The notes: generated from the sequence alone by a model not told the origin. Shown: positions 19,254-28,486, numbered from the stretch's first letter. The stretch: DNA of 64,000 nt from Sphingobacteriaceae bacterium (GCA_044239195.1 JBIIBV010000002.1:274-64273), one strand, 5' to 3'. Made by a program: numbers and translations.

Positions 19254-19886
19254 TTATCTGCCTAACAGTTGGCCCAAAAAGTAGGGCACAATATCTGGGT
19301 GATACAAAACCGTAATGCTAATACCTGCCAAGGCCCCGTAAAAATGTGCATCGTGGTTTATATGATCACTTGAATTACGGGAGGCATACCAGCAATAGCC
19401 TAAAAACAGAAATCCATACAACACTGCCGGAATGGGAATAGGCAATGGGAAAATCATCATTTTGGTAAGCGGATAAAATAAGATGTAGCTAAACACCACC
19501 GCACAAACCGCTCCCGATGCGCCTAAACTATTATACCAAAAATCATTTTTATGTTTTATAATAGAGCCTAAATCACTCAATACTAAACTAAGTACATACA
19601 AGCCTGCAAATTGCCAGTGGCCAAAGCTGCTTAAAGAAGCTAAGGTTTGCTCTAAAGGGAAAGCGAAGAAATAAAAGGAGAGCATATTTACGAGCAAATG
19701 TCCCCAATCTTTATGAATTAAGCCACTGGTAAACACCGAGTACACCCGTTGCCCTCGGCTTACACTATACGGATGTAGCATAAACTTTCCGTAAACCTCG
19801 TGGTTGGAGAAGGCGTAAATACTCGTGATAACCGTAAATAATAAAACTATACTAGCTACCGGAGTTTGGCTTAAATATTCTTGCAT
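19254..19886 (-). CDS. rhomboid family intramembrane serine protease
   Basis: 210 aa and polytopic. GASGAV catalytic Ser motif, HxxxN-like (HLLVNM) and a distal H..GALAG. Confidence 0.85.
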   Translation of the reverse strand: MQEYLSQTPVASIVLLFTVITSIYAFSNHEVYGKFMLHPYSVSRGQRVYSVFTSGLIHKDWGHLLVNMLSFYFFAFPLEQTLASLSSFGHWQFAGLYVLSLVLSDLGSIIKHKNDFWYNSLGASGAVCAVVFSYILFYPLTKMMIFPLPIPIPAVLYGFLFLGYCWYASRNSSDHINHDAHFYGALAGISITVLYHPDIVPYFLGQLLGR

Positions 19887-19891
19887 GATAC

Positions 19892-21610
19892 TTAATTTAA
19901 AATTCTTCCTATCGGATAGCGATTAACCGTTTTTTCTAAATAATCGGAATGACGATAGACCCAATCTAACTGTGCCGAGCCACTTTTAGCCAAGGCTTCG
20001 TTTTGTGCTTTTGCTTCTTCCAATTGTTTCCGTAATTCAGGATTTTTTTGCAGAATTTCTGCTCCAGTATCTTCAAACACATAAGCCGAAAAATATTCCT
20101 TTTGGCCCAAAATACTATCAAAAAAGTTCCACGCAAAAAAGGAATCCACACCTTGTGGTTCTAGGGTTTCTACAATATATCTGTTTTGTGGTTGATTTAC
20201 CCAAACCACATAATCGCCGGAATAAAATTGCACCGCTTGTTCTTGTGCTTGTACCGTTACTTGGCTGTGTACGTAATGTCCTTCGTAAGGCTTAGCCCCA
20301 GTTTTATAATCAACAATGGTGTACATTTCTAGGCGAAATACACTATCCTTTTTTAGGCGCTCTAGTTTTACCCCATTTAACTGCAACAAGCTAATTACCT
20401 TTTGCCAAGCCTGCGGAATGATGTACGCTTTTGGAGCCTGCACCGTTAGGGTAGCCTCGTAATGGTTAAACCAAGGAATGGTTTTCTCGTAGGGTTTTGT
20501 TCGATCGTAATACAACCTATTTTGTCCACTAATTTCGCTGGCTTTATAACCAGCTTCAAAGCCTTTAAAACGCAAACTATCTACCCGTTTCCCATCGACT
20601 TTCCAGTTTAATGCAAAATGCGTTTGTTGAGCTGCTTGAGCCAAAGCTTGCGCCCTCACTTTGCCAATTTCGGTAGCATTTTCTTGCGTAAAGGCTAGCA
20701 AGTGTTTCATTAATTGATAGCTAGCCTGCACCCTTTGGGCAAAAGGTTTGAGCATATGTGTTTCAGGCATGTAGCCCATGGTTTGATGCAAAGCCGCATA
20801 TCCGGTGCTAAATCTGGGAGGCTCTAAAAATGCTTGTATGCCGAGATCGGGCGTTTCGCCCACATGATCTACATAGGGAGTCATTTCAAAGCCGCTAGCC
20901 TTCATGCGTTTAAACAATTCGGGCGTGAGTTGTTTGCTCATAAAGTTGGCCAACGTGGGACTTAATTTATCTTGTTGGGTATCAATCAGGGTCATTACAT
21001 ATTGATAATCGGCGCCATTGCTGGTATGGTTATCAAAAAAGATATCGGGCTGCCAAGTGTTAAAAATTTCTTGAAATGATCTCGAATTTTTAGAATCTGT
21101 TTTTATAAAATCTCTGTTTAAATCTAGGTTTTGAGCATTCCCTCGAAAACCATAGGCCTCCGGACCATTTTGGTTGGCTCGGGAAGTGGATGAGCGGTTT
21201 AAACTTCCATCAATATTGTAAAGCGGAATCACACAAATCACCACATCGGCGGGCAGCAACCGGTTTTTCAATATATCTCTTACCAACATCATCGAAGCGT
21301 CAATGCCTTCGGGCTCACCCGGGTGAATACCGTTGTTGATTAATAGAATGCGTTTATTTTGATTACGAAGCGCTACTGGATCGAAATTTTTATTTTTTGA
21401 GAGCACAGCCAAATGAAGTGGCTTTCCACTATCTGTTAAACCGCAAGTAAGTAGCTTAAGCTCTTCAAATTGCGCATCTAATGCTTGGTAAAAGGCAATG
21501 GCCTGGGCATGCGTGGCACTTACATTTTTAGTAGGGCTTTGCTCAAAAGGTGTTAACTGGCCATAACTAGGTAAGTAGGCCATGAACAAGATGATAAGAA
21601 GTTTTTTCAT
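19892..21610 (-). CDS. M14 family zinc carboxypeptidase (secreted)
   Basis: Signal peptide MKKLLIILFMAYLPSYGQ. HPGEPEG (HxxE zinc site), DLNRDF, and a downstream H in NHTS. Confidence 0.8.
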   Translation of the reverse strand: MKKLLIILFMAYLPSYGQLTPFEQSPTKNVSATHAQAIAFYQALDAQFEELKLLTCGLTDSGKPLHLAVLSKNKNFDPVALRNQNKRILLINNGIHPGEPEGIDASMMLVRDILKNRLLPADVVICVIPLYNIDGSLNRSSTSRANQNGPEAYGFRGNAQNLDLNRDFIKTDSKNSRSFQEIFNTWQPDIFFDNHTSNGADYQYVMTLIDTQQDKLSPTLANFMSKQLTPELFKRMKASGFEMTPYVDHVGETPDLGIQAFLEPPRFSTGYAALHQTMGYMPETHMLKPFAQRVQASYQLMKHLLAFTQENATEIGKVRAQALAQAAQQTHFALNWKVDGKRVDSLRFKGFEAGYKASEISGQNRLYYDRTKPYEKTIPWFNHYEATLTVQAPKAYIIPQAWQKVISLLQLNGVKLERLKKDSVFRLEMYTIVDYKTGAKPYEGHYVHSQVTVQAQEQAVQFYSGDYVVWVNQPQNRYIVETLEPQGVDSFFAWNFFDSILGQKEYFSAYVFEDTGAEILQKNPELRKQLEEAKAQNEALAKSGSAQLDWVYRHSDYLEKTVNRYPIGRILN

Positions 21611-21653
21611 AAGTTTAGTTCATTCAATTTGCCCAAAGCTTTTATGCTTCGCC

Positions 21654-23618
21654 CTATTTGATCAGTTTAAAACTTTGTTTTACCCCACCCGAGCTGATTT
21701 TTAATACATAGGTGCCCTGCGGCCATTGCTGCGAATTAATTACTGCAACGCCACTTCTTTCGACTAAAACAGGGCGCTCTTTTTGGATTAGCTTGCCCTG
21801 CATGGTGTAGATGGATAGTGTAGTTTCGGCCGATGAAAAATTACGCAAATACACCGAAAATTGATCGCCAATAGGATTCGGATAGATTTTTACAAAATTC
21901 TCGGGATTCAGATCATCGCTCACCTTCTGCGTGGTATTGTTTTTAGTTATAAGCCAATATTCCGGGTCTACCACTACACTAGTAGGAATAAAACCCAGTT
22001 GCTTAATAAATACTTCACCATTTATTTGATTATCGAGCACAAGTGTTTTGCTTTGGTTTGCATTCGAAAATTTTAATGCTAGGGGCAATTCAAAAAAATC
22101 AACCGAAGGATGCGATGTAGTTTGATTGAGTTTAATACGAACGTGGTCAATGCCCACGGGAGTCCATTGCACTTGATAGCTAGGATAACCCTGCCCTTCG
22201 TACCAATCTTTAAAAAATTCGGTTAAATCTACGCCACTTACTTGCTCTAAATTTCGTTTCAAATCAGCAGTTCGTGCAAAACCATATATTAATTTCGGAT
22301 CTTTCTGATACTGCTGAATGGCTTTAAAAAATACCTCATCGCTTAACTTCCAACGCAACATATATAATAAATAAGACCCTTTTTGATACGATAATCGGTT
22401 ACTAAAAATACGGTTTACATTGGTGGTGTCGCTCACTTTCACCGAACCATCTGGTAGCGATGTAATATAGTCCACAACTTGTTTACGCTTCGTAATAACG
22501 CCATCCCAACTAATTTGGCCGTATTTATTCTCGTCGTAAAAGCTAGCCAAATGAGTAGCAAAACCCTCATTCAACCAAATATCTTCCCAAGTACCACAGG
22601 TAATTTTATCGCCAAACCATTGATGAGCCAATTCGTGGGCTACCAACCCTTCAGATAGGTTAATCATAAACGAATTGGTTTGGTGCTCCATTCCTCCACC
22701 CCAACCAAATTGGGTATGCCCATATTTTTCGTTAATAAAAGGATAATCACCAAATTTTTGGTGAAACAAAGCCATGGCAAAAAGGGTATTCTGCGTGCCC
22801 TGTTGAAAGGCGGTTAAACTCTCAGGATAAGCAAAGGTTTGAATGGGTAAATATTTGTTACCCAATTGCACATTAATAGAGAAAACACTGTAATTGGTTA
22901 CTGCCAAACATACCAAATAGGATGCAATGGGGTAGCGATGTTTCCAATAGGTACGTGTTTTGCCCCCGGCCAATACCGTTTCACTTTTTAACAATCCGTT
23001 AGAGGATGCTTTGTACATAGAAGGATGGGTAACAAACACATCAATTGAGTCAGCCTTATCGTCAATTCCATTTTTACAAGGCCACCACTCCCGACTACCA
23101 TAGGGTTCACTCAAGGTCCACATACCGGCTACACCGTTGTGCATATTATTTTTAAAAGCACCAAAACCCGTATCGGGGCCTGGGCTACCTTGATAAGTTA
23201 TGCTTAATGAATCTAGTGTGCCTGCACCCAAGCTAACGGGCAAATTAATGCTAAGCACATTATTGAGGTGTTGTTTTGTTAACACATTGCTTCGTTGCTT
23301 TACTTCGGTTACCGCCATGGTATTCATCAAATCTAAGTTGATGCTATTAATGGACGTTTTAGCTACATAATACACCGTAACTTTGCCCGAAATATAGCGT
23401 ACTGCTGGATCAACCTCCCATTCGCAGCGATAATATTTTACATCAAAAGCATCACTAGCTGTTGTAAATTGAGCCATTTGGCTACTTTGTAGTTGCAACC
23501 GCTGATGACCTGCAGCTTCTTGCTGAGAAATAGTCTTTAGCTCCTCGAAATTTTGAGCAAAAGCACAATAAGGCAGCGCCATAAAAGCTAAATAATAAAA
23601 AAATCGAAGATGGCGCAT
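21654..23618 (-). CDS. M1 family metallo-aminopeptidase with T9SS C-terminal sorting domain
   Basis: HELAHQWFGD plus WLNEGFA (gluzincin). The C-terminal ~80 aa (KIYPNPIGDQFSVYL...YVLKI...KLIK) resemble a Por/T9SS CTD. Signal peptide present. Confidence 0.85.
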   Translation of the reverse strand: MRHLRFFYYLAFMALPYCAFAQNFEELKTISQQEAAGHQRLQLQSSQMAQFTTASDAFDVKYYRCEWEVDPAVRYISGKVTVYYVAKTSINSINLDLMNTMAVTEVKQRSNVLTKQHLNNVLSINLPVSLGAGTLDSLSITYQGSPGPDTGFGAFKNNMHNGVAGMWTLSEPYGSREWWPCKNGIDDKADSIDVFVTHPSMYKASSNGLLKSETVLAGGKTRTYWKHRYPIASYLVCLAVTNYSVFSINVQLGNKYLPIQTFAYPESLTAFQQGTQNTLFAMALFHQKFGDYPFINEKYGHTQFGWGGGMEHQTNSFMINLSEGLVAHELAHQWFGDKITCGTWEDIWLNEGFATHLASFYDENKYGQISWDGVITKRKQVVDYITSLPDGSVKVSDTTNVNRIFSNRLSYQKGSYLLYMLRWKLSDEVFFKAIQQYQKDPKLIYGFARTADLKRNLEQVSGVDLTEFFKDWYEGQGYPSYQVQWTPVGIDHVRIKLNQTTSHPSVDFFELPLALKFSNANQSKTLVLDNQINGEVFIKQLGFIPTSVVVDPEYWLITKNNTTQKVSDDLNPENFVKIYPNPIGDQFSVYLRNFSSAETTLSIYTMQGKLIQKERPVLVERSGVAVINSQQWPQGTYVLKISSGGVKQSFKLIK

Positions 23619-23632
23619 ACGCTAGTTAACCT

Positions 23633-23662
23633 ATAAAGAATCTTAAAAATAAGATTCTTTAT
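23633..23662. promoter_or_regulatory. perfect 13-bp inverted repeat (ATAAAGAATCTTA-AAAA-TAAGATTCTTTAT) in the divergent M1/pepT promoter region
   Basis: The arms are exact reverse complements. Lies 15 nt upstream of the M1 start and 62 nt upstream of the pepT ATG. A second 7-bp inverted repeat TTCAACT-N6-AGTTGAA is at 23669-23688. Confidence 0.4.
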
Positions 23663-23723
23663 TAAGAATTCAACTAAAATAAGTTGAAAGAGGCTATATT
23701 TAAACACCATATACACGTATTTC

Positions 23724-24977
23724 ATGCAGGCACTTAGCTCCTATTCTTTTACAGCCCATACTCGATTTTTACGCTATGTAACTATCGATACACAATCAGA
23801 CCCCTATTCTTCTAGCTGCCCATCTACAGAGAAACAAAAAGATTTGGGGAAGGTATTGGTTGAGGAATTACTAGCCATGGGTATTGTTGATGCACATGTA
23901 GACGAGCATGGTTATGTATACGCTACCTTGCCAAGCAATACCAGCAAACAAGTGCCGGTGCTTTGTTATTGTTCGCATATGGACACTTCACCGGATTGTA
24001 GCGGTGCGGGCGTAAAGCCCATTATTCATAAAAATTACCAAGGCCAAGATTTAGTACTACCCGATGACCCCAAGCAAGTTCTCCGCTTAACCGAGCACCC
24101 TGATTTAAAGGAGCAGTTAGGCAACGATATTATTACGGCTAGTGGTACCACCTTGTTAGGTGCCGATAACAAAGCTGGCTTAGCTGAAATTATGGATTGT
24201 GTTTATTTTCTGCTAAATAACCCCGAGATTAAGCACGGTACCATTAAGCTGCTATTTACCCCCGATGAAGAAATTGGCCGAGGTGTAAACAAAGTAGATT
24301 TACAAAAGCTAGGTGCAGATGTGGCCTATACCGTAGATGGCGAAACCTTGGGATCTTTAGAGAATGAAACCTTTTCTGCGGACGGAGCTGTCATCCGAAT
24401 CTCGGGCGTAGCTTCGCACCCAGGCTTTGCAAAAGGCAAAATGGAGAGTGCCCTTAAAATGGCCGCAGAACTAATTGCTACATTACCCAAAAACGAACGT
24501 AGCCCAGAAAGTACCGAAGGCAAACAAGGCTTCATTCATCCGGTAGCAATAAAAGGAAGTGTAGAAGAAACCATAATTGAACTTATTTTACGTGATTTTA
24601 CAGATGAAGGTTTGGTAGCGCATGCAAATTATCTCCGTAAACTAACCGAAGAAGTATTAAAAGCCTACCCGAATGCCACGTATAACTTAAAAACAACAGA
24701 GCAATACCGCAACATGAAGCAGGTATTGGACCAGCACCCTAAATTAACCGAGCTTGGCTTAGAAGCCATCCGCAGAGCAGGAATTAGCCCAAAATTACAA
24801 AGTATACGTGGAGGTACCGATGGTTCTCGGCTATCGTTTATGGGCTTGCCTTGCCCAAATATTTTCGCAGGAGAACATGCTTTTCATAGCAAATTGGAAT
24901 GGGTATCGGTACAAGATATGCACAAAGCCGTAAAAACCTTGGTGCATTTGGCTGTATTGTGGGAAGAAAAATCTTAA
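23724..24977 (+). CDS. pepT: peptidase T (tripeptide aminopeptidase, M20B)
   Basis: 417 aa. Contains RFLRYV.IDTQSD, SHMDT, GADNKAG, FTPDEEIG and IRGGTDGS. Confidence 0.92.
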   Translation: MQALSSYSFTAHTRFLRYVTIDTQSDPYSSSCPSTEKQKDLGKVLVEELLAMGIVDAHVDEHGYVYATLPSNTSKQVPVLCYCSHMDTSPDCSGAGVKPIIHKNYQGQDLVLPDDPKQVLRLTEHPDLKEQLGNDIITASGTTLLGADNKAGLAEIMDCVYFLLNNPEIKHGTIKLLFTPDEEIGRGVNKVDLQKLGADVAYTVDGETLGSLENETFSADGAVIRISGVASHPGFAKGKMESALKMAAELIATLPKNERSPESTEGKQGFIHPVAIKGSVEETIIELILRDFTDEGLVAHANYLRKLTEEVLKAYPNATYNLKTTEQYRNMKQVLDQHPKLTELGLEAIRRAGISPKLQSIRGGTDGSRLSFMGLPCPNIFAGEHAFHSKLEWVSVQDMHKAVKTLVHLAVLWEEKS

Positions 24978-25043
24978 TTTTTTACCCAATAAAATATCTT
25001 CCAATGGGTGGCGTTTTACATCAAGCATGTAAACAAATTGCCC

Positions 25044-25523
25044 ATGAACATTTTATATACTGCTCCCTCTGCCATATCGGGCATGGGCTTATTTTGTAAG
25101 CGCACTCTAGCTTATGAAGAGTGTATTCTTAGCCTAAAAGGCGATCATGTTTTTCATGATTATACCCCTAAATTTGCAAAAGAAGGCCCCAATTGGATTG
25201 GCATTGGCCCCAACGAATGGCTTATTCCACTGAAGGGAAGCCCCGTGCTACTCGTAAACCACTCCTGCAAACCCAACGTATTTATTAACCAGTATTTAGA
25301 ATTAGTTGCAGCTAAGCCATTAGAACCAAATACCGAGTTGCTGTTAGATTATTCATCAACAGAATTAGACCCTTATTGGACAATGGCCTGTGCATGTAAA
25401 AATGATAATTGCCGGAAATTGATTAAAAATTTTGAATCTTTGCCGAGCCTACTAAAAGTAAAGTACAGTTATTTCATTCATCCTTGCTTTTGGAAAACAT
25501 CGATAGAAAAAGAATGGGAATAG
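25044..25523 (+). CDS. SET domain protein with post-SET Cys cluster (putative protein lysine methyltransferase)
   Basis: GMGLF, NHSCKPN and ELLLDY SET signature blocks, then C.C....C (CACKNDNCRK). The ATG at 25044 is preferred over the GTG at 25008. Confidence 0.8.
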   Translation: MNILYTAPSAISGMGLFCKRTLAYEECILSLKGDHVFHDYTPKFAKEGPNWIGIGPNEWLIPLKGSPVLLVNHSCKPNVFINQYLELVAAKPLEPNTELLLDYSSTELDPYWTMACACKNDNCRKLIKNFESLPSLLKVKYSYFIHPCFWKTSIEKEWE

Positions 25524-25545
25524 AGCCCTAAAAAACAAAAAAAAT

Positions 25546-25612
25546 GCGTGGGCAAGTAGCCCGAGTGAAATAGGTACTGCGACTACCCACGAACAACGGA
25601 CTACACCCACGC
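25546..25612 (-). terminator. long imperfect hairpin followed (minus strand) by a U-tract; candidate intrinsic terminator or sRNA 3' end
   Basis: GCGTGGG (25546-25552) pairs with CCCACGC (25606-25612). An inner alternative pairs GTGGG..GTAG with CTACCCAC (25583-25590). On the minus strand the hairpin is followed by ATTTTTTTTGTTTTTT (25530-25545). Confidence 0.4.
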
Positions 25613-25833
25613 AATTGTGATGCATTAAATCCATTTTTTGTTCGTTTATTATTAAGTCGCAGTTTAAAAATCACCAAAATAGCTGATGCAATATTTTGAT
25701 GTCTACTAACAGAAAGTCTATTCGTAGATATTGATATACAAAGGTAGGTATAAAAAACTAGGTTTAAAGCGCAAATTTCGAAAATTTGCAAAGAACTTCA
25801 CGTACCTCGATTAGCTAAATTTGATGGGTAAAA

Positions 25834-26271
25834 CTACCCAATTTTGCTGGGTACCGCCACTAAATTACTAGTAGCTTTGGCTAAAATTTTATCGGAATGA
25901 TGGATGAGCTCTGCTTGCACATATACGACTGTTCGGCCATTCCGAATTACTTTGGCTTTTGCCACCACCTCATCGCTTACCTTGGCGGCATTAATAAAAT
26001 CTACTACCAGATTGAGCGATACAAAAGCTTGTTCTTTATTTAAACTGGCAACCGCTGTGCCTATTACGTCGTCTAACATTCCGGAAATTACACCACCATG
26101 CAACATACCGAAAGGATTGGTCATATCGGGGCGAACGGCAAAACGTACAGCAACTTCACCCAATTCGGCTTGCTCCAACACGCCATCTAGCCAATGTGCA
26201 AAAGGCGATGGGCTATTCTTGGTAGATTTACCAATATGTGCCTGCAACCAAGCCAAGCGTTTGTTTTCCAT
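25834..26271 (-). CDS. PaaI-family hotdog-fold thioesterase
   Basis: 145 aa. Contains NP.G.LHGG......D...G.A and a hotdog-like length and profile. Confidence 0.8.
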   Translation of the reverse strand: MENKRLAWLQAHIGKSTKNSPSPFAHWLDGVLEQAELGEVAVRFAVRPDMTNPFGMLHGGVISGMLDDVIGTAVASLNKEQAFVSLNLVVDFINAAKVSDEVVAKAKVIRNGRTVVYVQAELIHHSDKILAKATSNLVAVPSKIG

Positions 26272-26278
26272 AATTAGC

Positions 26279-27940
26279 TTAGGCTTTCTTAGCCCAATTA
26301 TCTTTTAGAGTAACTGTTCGGTTAAATACCAAATTTTCAGTCGTAGTGTCTATGTCTAAGGTAAAGTAGCCTTTACGAATAAATTGATACCCTCTTCCCA
26401 ATTCGGCGGTAGCCAAATCTGGTTCTATATAAGCTTTAGAAAGCACCTGCAAACTAGTTGGATTGATATAGTCCTTAAAATCGCCGTCTTCGTTAGACGG
26501 ATCTTCTGCTTGGAACAAGCGATCGTATAAGCGCACTTCGGCAGTTTTAGCATGGGCTACGCTTACCCAATGAATGGTACCTTTTACATGCAAGCCACTG
26601 GTATCGTTACCCGATTTAGATTCGGGAATATATTCGCAATGCACTTCGGTTACGTTACCAAAATCATCGGTTTTAAAACCGGTGCAGGTTACAATATAGG
26701 CACTTTTTAAGCGCACGCTCAAGCCTGGGGCTAAGCGAAAATATTTCTTCTCGGCTTCTTCTTTAAAATCTTCACGCTCAATCCACAATTCTTTGCTAAA
26801 CGGAATACTTCTTTCTCCATCACCACCATCTACTTCCGGATTATTTTCGCCATGGAGAAGCTCTTCTTGGCCTTCGGGATAATTGGTGATTATCAATTTA
26901 ATGGGATCGAGCACCGCCATCCGTCGCCAAGCCGTTTTGTTTAAATCTTCGCGAATGCAAAACTCCAACAAACTCATTTCTATCAAATTTTCACGCTTGG
27001 CTACCCCAATTTTATCGCAAAAATTACGAATACTAGCAGGGGTATACCCACGACGGCGTAAACCACTAATGGTTAACATACGAGGATCGTCCCAACCACT
27101 TACAAATTTCTCGTTTACCAATTGGAGCAATTTGCGTTTGCTCATTACTGCATAATCAATATTCAATCGGGCAAACTCGTATTGTTTTGCTGGAAAGATT
27201 TCTAATTTTTCAATAAACCAATCGTATAATGCACGGTGCGGAATAAACTCTAAAGTGCAAATGGAATGAGTAATTTCTTCAATGGCATCGCTTTGGCCAT
27301 GGGCAAAATCGTACATGGGGTAAATGCACCAAGCATCGCCTGTACGGTGATGCCTAGCGTGTTTAATGCGGTACATCAATGGATCGCGAAGGTGCATATT
27401 GGGAGCGGCCAAATCTATTTTAGCTCGTAATACTTTAGCGCCGTCTTGATATTTTCCGGCTTTCATTTCTTCAAATAGTTGAAGATTTTCTTCGATACTT
27501 CTGCTGCGATAAACCGAAGGGGTACCGGGTACGGTAGGTGTTCCTTTACCAGCGGCAATTTCTTCAGCAGTACTATCGTCTACATAGGCTAGGTCTTTTT
27601 TTATCAGCCTTACAGCAAAATCGTAGAGTTGTGAAAAATAATCGGAGGTATATAATTCTTGAGCCCAATCAAAACCCAACCACTTTACATCTTTTTTAAT
27701 GCTTTCTACGTATTCGGTTTCCTCGGTCACCGGGTTGGTATCATCGAAACGTAAATTGGTTTTGCCACCATACTGCAGAGCCAAGCCAAAATTTAAACAA
27801 ATAGATTTGGCATGGCCAATGTGCAAATAACCATTCGGCTCTGGGGGAAAACGGGTAAGTACCCGCCCGCCGTGGGTGCCATTTTTTAAATCTGCCTCAA
27901 TAATTTCTTCCAAGAAATGTAATGACCGCTCTTCACTCAT
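26279..27940 (-). CDS. glnS: glutamine--tRNA ligase
   Basis: Contains RFPPEPNGYLHIGHAK (HIGH) and VMSKRK (KMSKS-like). The start at MSEERSLHFLEEII (ATG 27940) is preferred; the track ORF extends 20 codons further upstream. Confidence 0.92.
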   Translation of the reverse strand: MSEERSLHFLEEIIEADLKNGTHGGRVLTRFPPEPNGYLHIGHAKSICLNFGLALQYGGKTNLRFDDTNPVTEETEYVESIKKDVKWLGFDWAQELYTSDYFSQLYDFAVRLIKKDLAYVDDSTAEEIAAGKGTPTVPGTPSVYRSRSIEENLQLFEEMKAGKYQDGAKVLRAKIDLAAPNMHLRDPLMYRIKHARHHRTGDAWCIYPMYDFAHGQSDAIEEITHSICTLEFIPHRALYDWFIEKLEIFPAKQYEFARLNIDYAVMSKRKLLQLVNEKFVSGWDDPRMLTISGLRRRGYTPASIRNFCDKIGVAKRENLIEMSLLEFCIREDLNKTAWRRMAVLDPIKLIITNYPEGQEELLHGENNPEVDGGDGERSIPFSKELWIEREDFKEEAEKKYFRLAPGLSVRLKSAYIVTCTGFKTDDFGNVTEVHCEYIPESKSGNDTSGLHVKGTIHWVSVAHAKTAEVRLYDRLFQAEDPSNEDGDFKDYINPTSLQVLSKAYIEPDLATAELGRGYQFIRKGYFTLDIDTTTENLVFNRTVTLKDNWAKKA

Positions 27941-28069
27941 ACTAGTTATCTTTTGTTTTAATTTAGATAGGGCAACAAAAATAATAAAATTACCCCGCAT
28001 TGCACCATCTATCTTGTTGCTAGTGCATTGATATTTTCTTGCTATTTTTACACTTTAAAACAACAAATA

Positions 28070-28477
28070 GTGAAAAGACCAATTCGTGTATTAGTGGCCA
28101 AAGTGGGTTTAGACGGCCACGATAGAGGAGCCCGCATTATTGCTACATCCTTACGTGATGCAGGCATGGAAGTAATTTATACCGGCTTGCGTCAAACACC
28201 TGAAATGGTGGTAAACACGGCTCTGCAAGAAGATGTAGACGCCATTGGTATTTCTATCTTGTCGGGGGCACACCTTACTGTTTTCCCAAAAATTATAGAA
28301 CTGATGAAGGCCAAGGGGCTAACAGATGTATTACTCACCGGCGGCGGAATTATTCCAGATGCCGATACGGAAAAACTACAAAATATGGGCGTAGGTAAAT
28401 TGTTCGCTCCGGGTGCAAACACGCAAGAAATTGCCCTTTATATTACGAATTGGGTAGCCGAAAACCGCTCTTTTTAA
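28070..28477 (+). CDS. stand-alone cobalamin (B12)-binding domain protein (methylmalonyl/isobutyryl-CoA mutase small-subunit-like)
   Basis: [19 protein letters not shown] contains the DxHxxG B12 motif, followed by GISILSGAH and GGGIIP. Start uncertain: GTG at 28070 is preferred, TTG at 28028 is possible. Confidence 0.8.
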   Translation: MKRPIRVLVAKVGLDGHDRGARIIATSLRDAGMEVIYTGLRQTPEMVVNTALQEDVDAIGISILSGAHLTVFPKIIELMKAKGLTDVLLTGGGIIPDADTEKLQNMGVGKLFAPGANTQEIALYITNWVAENRSF

Positions 28478-28486
28478 TTGCAACTT

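Noticed and set aside
27941-28069. Complementary blocks AGATAG..CAACAA / CTATCT TGTTGC in the glnS / B12-domain divergent spacer, considered as a possible hairpin or leader structure.
   Set aside because: The blocks are in the wrong relative order to form a simple stem-loop (A-B ... A'-B' rather than A-B ... B'-A'), and they are short enough to occur by chance.
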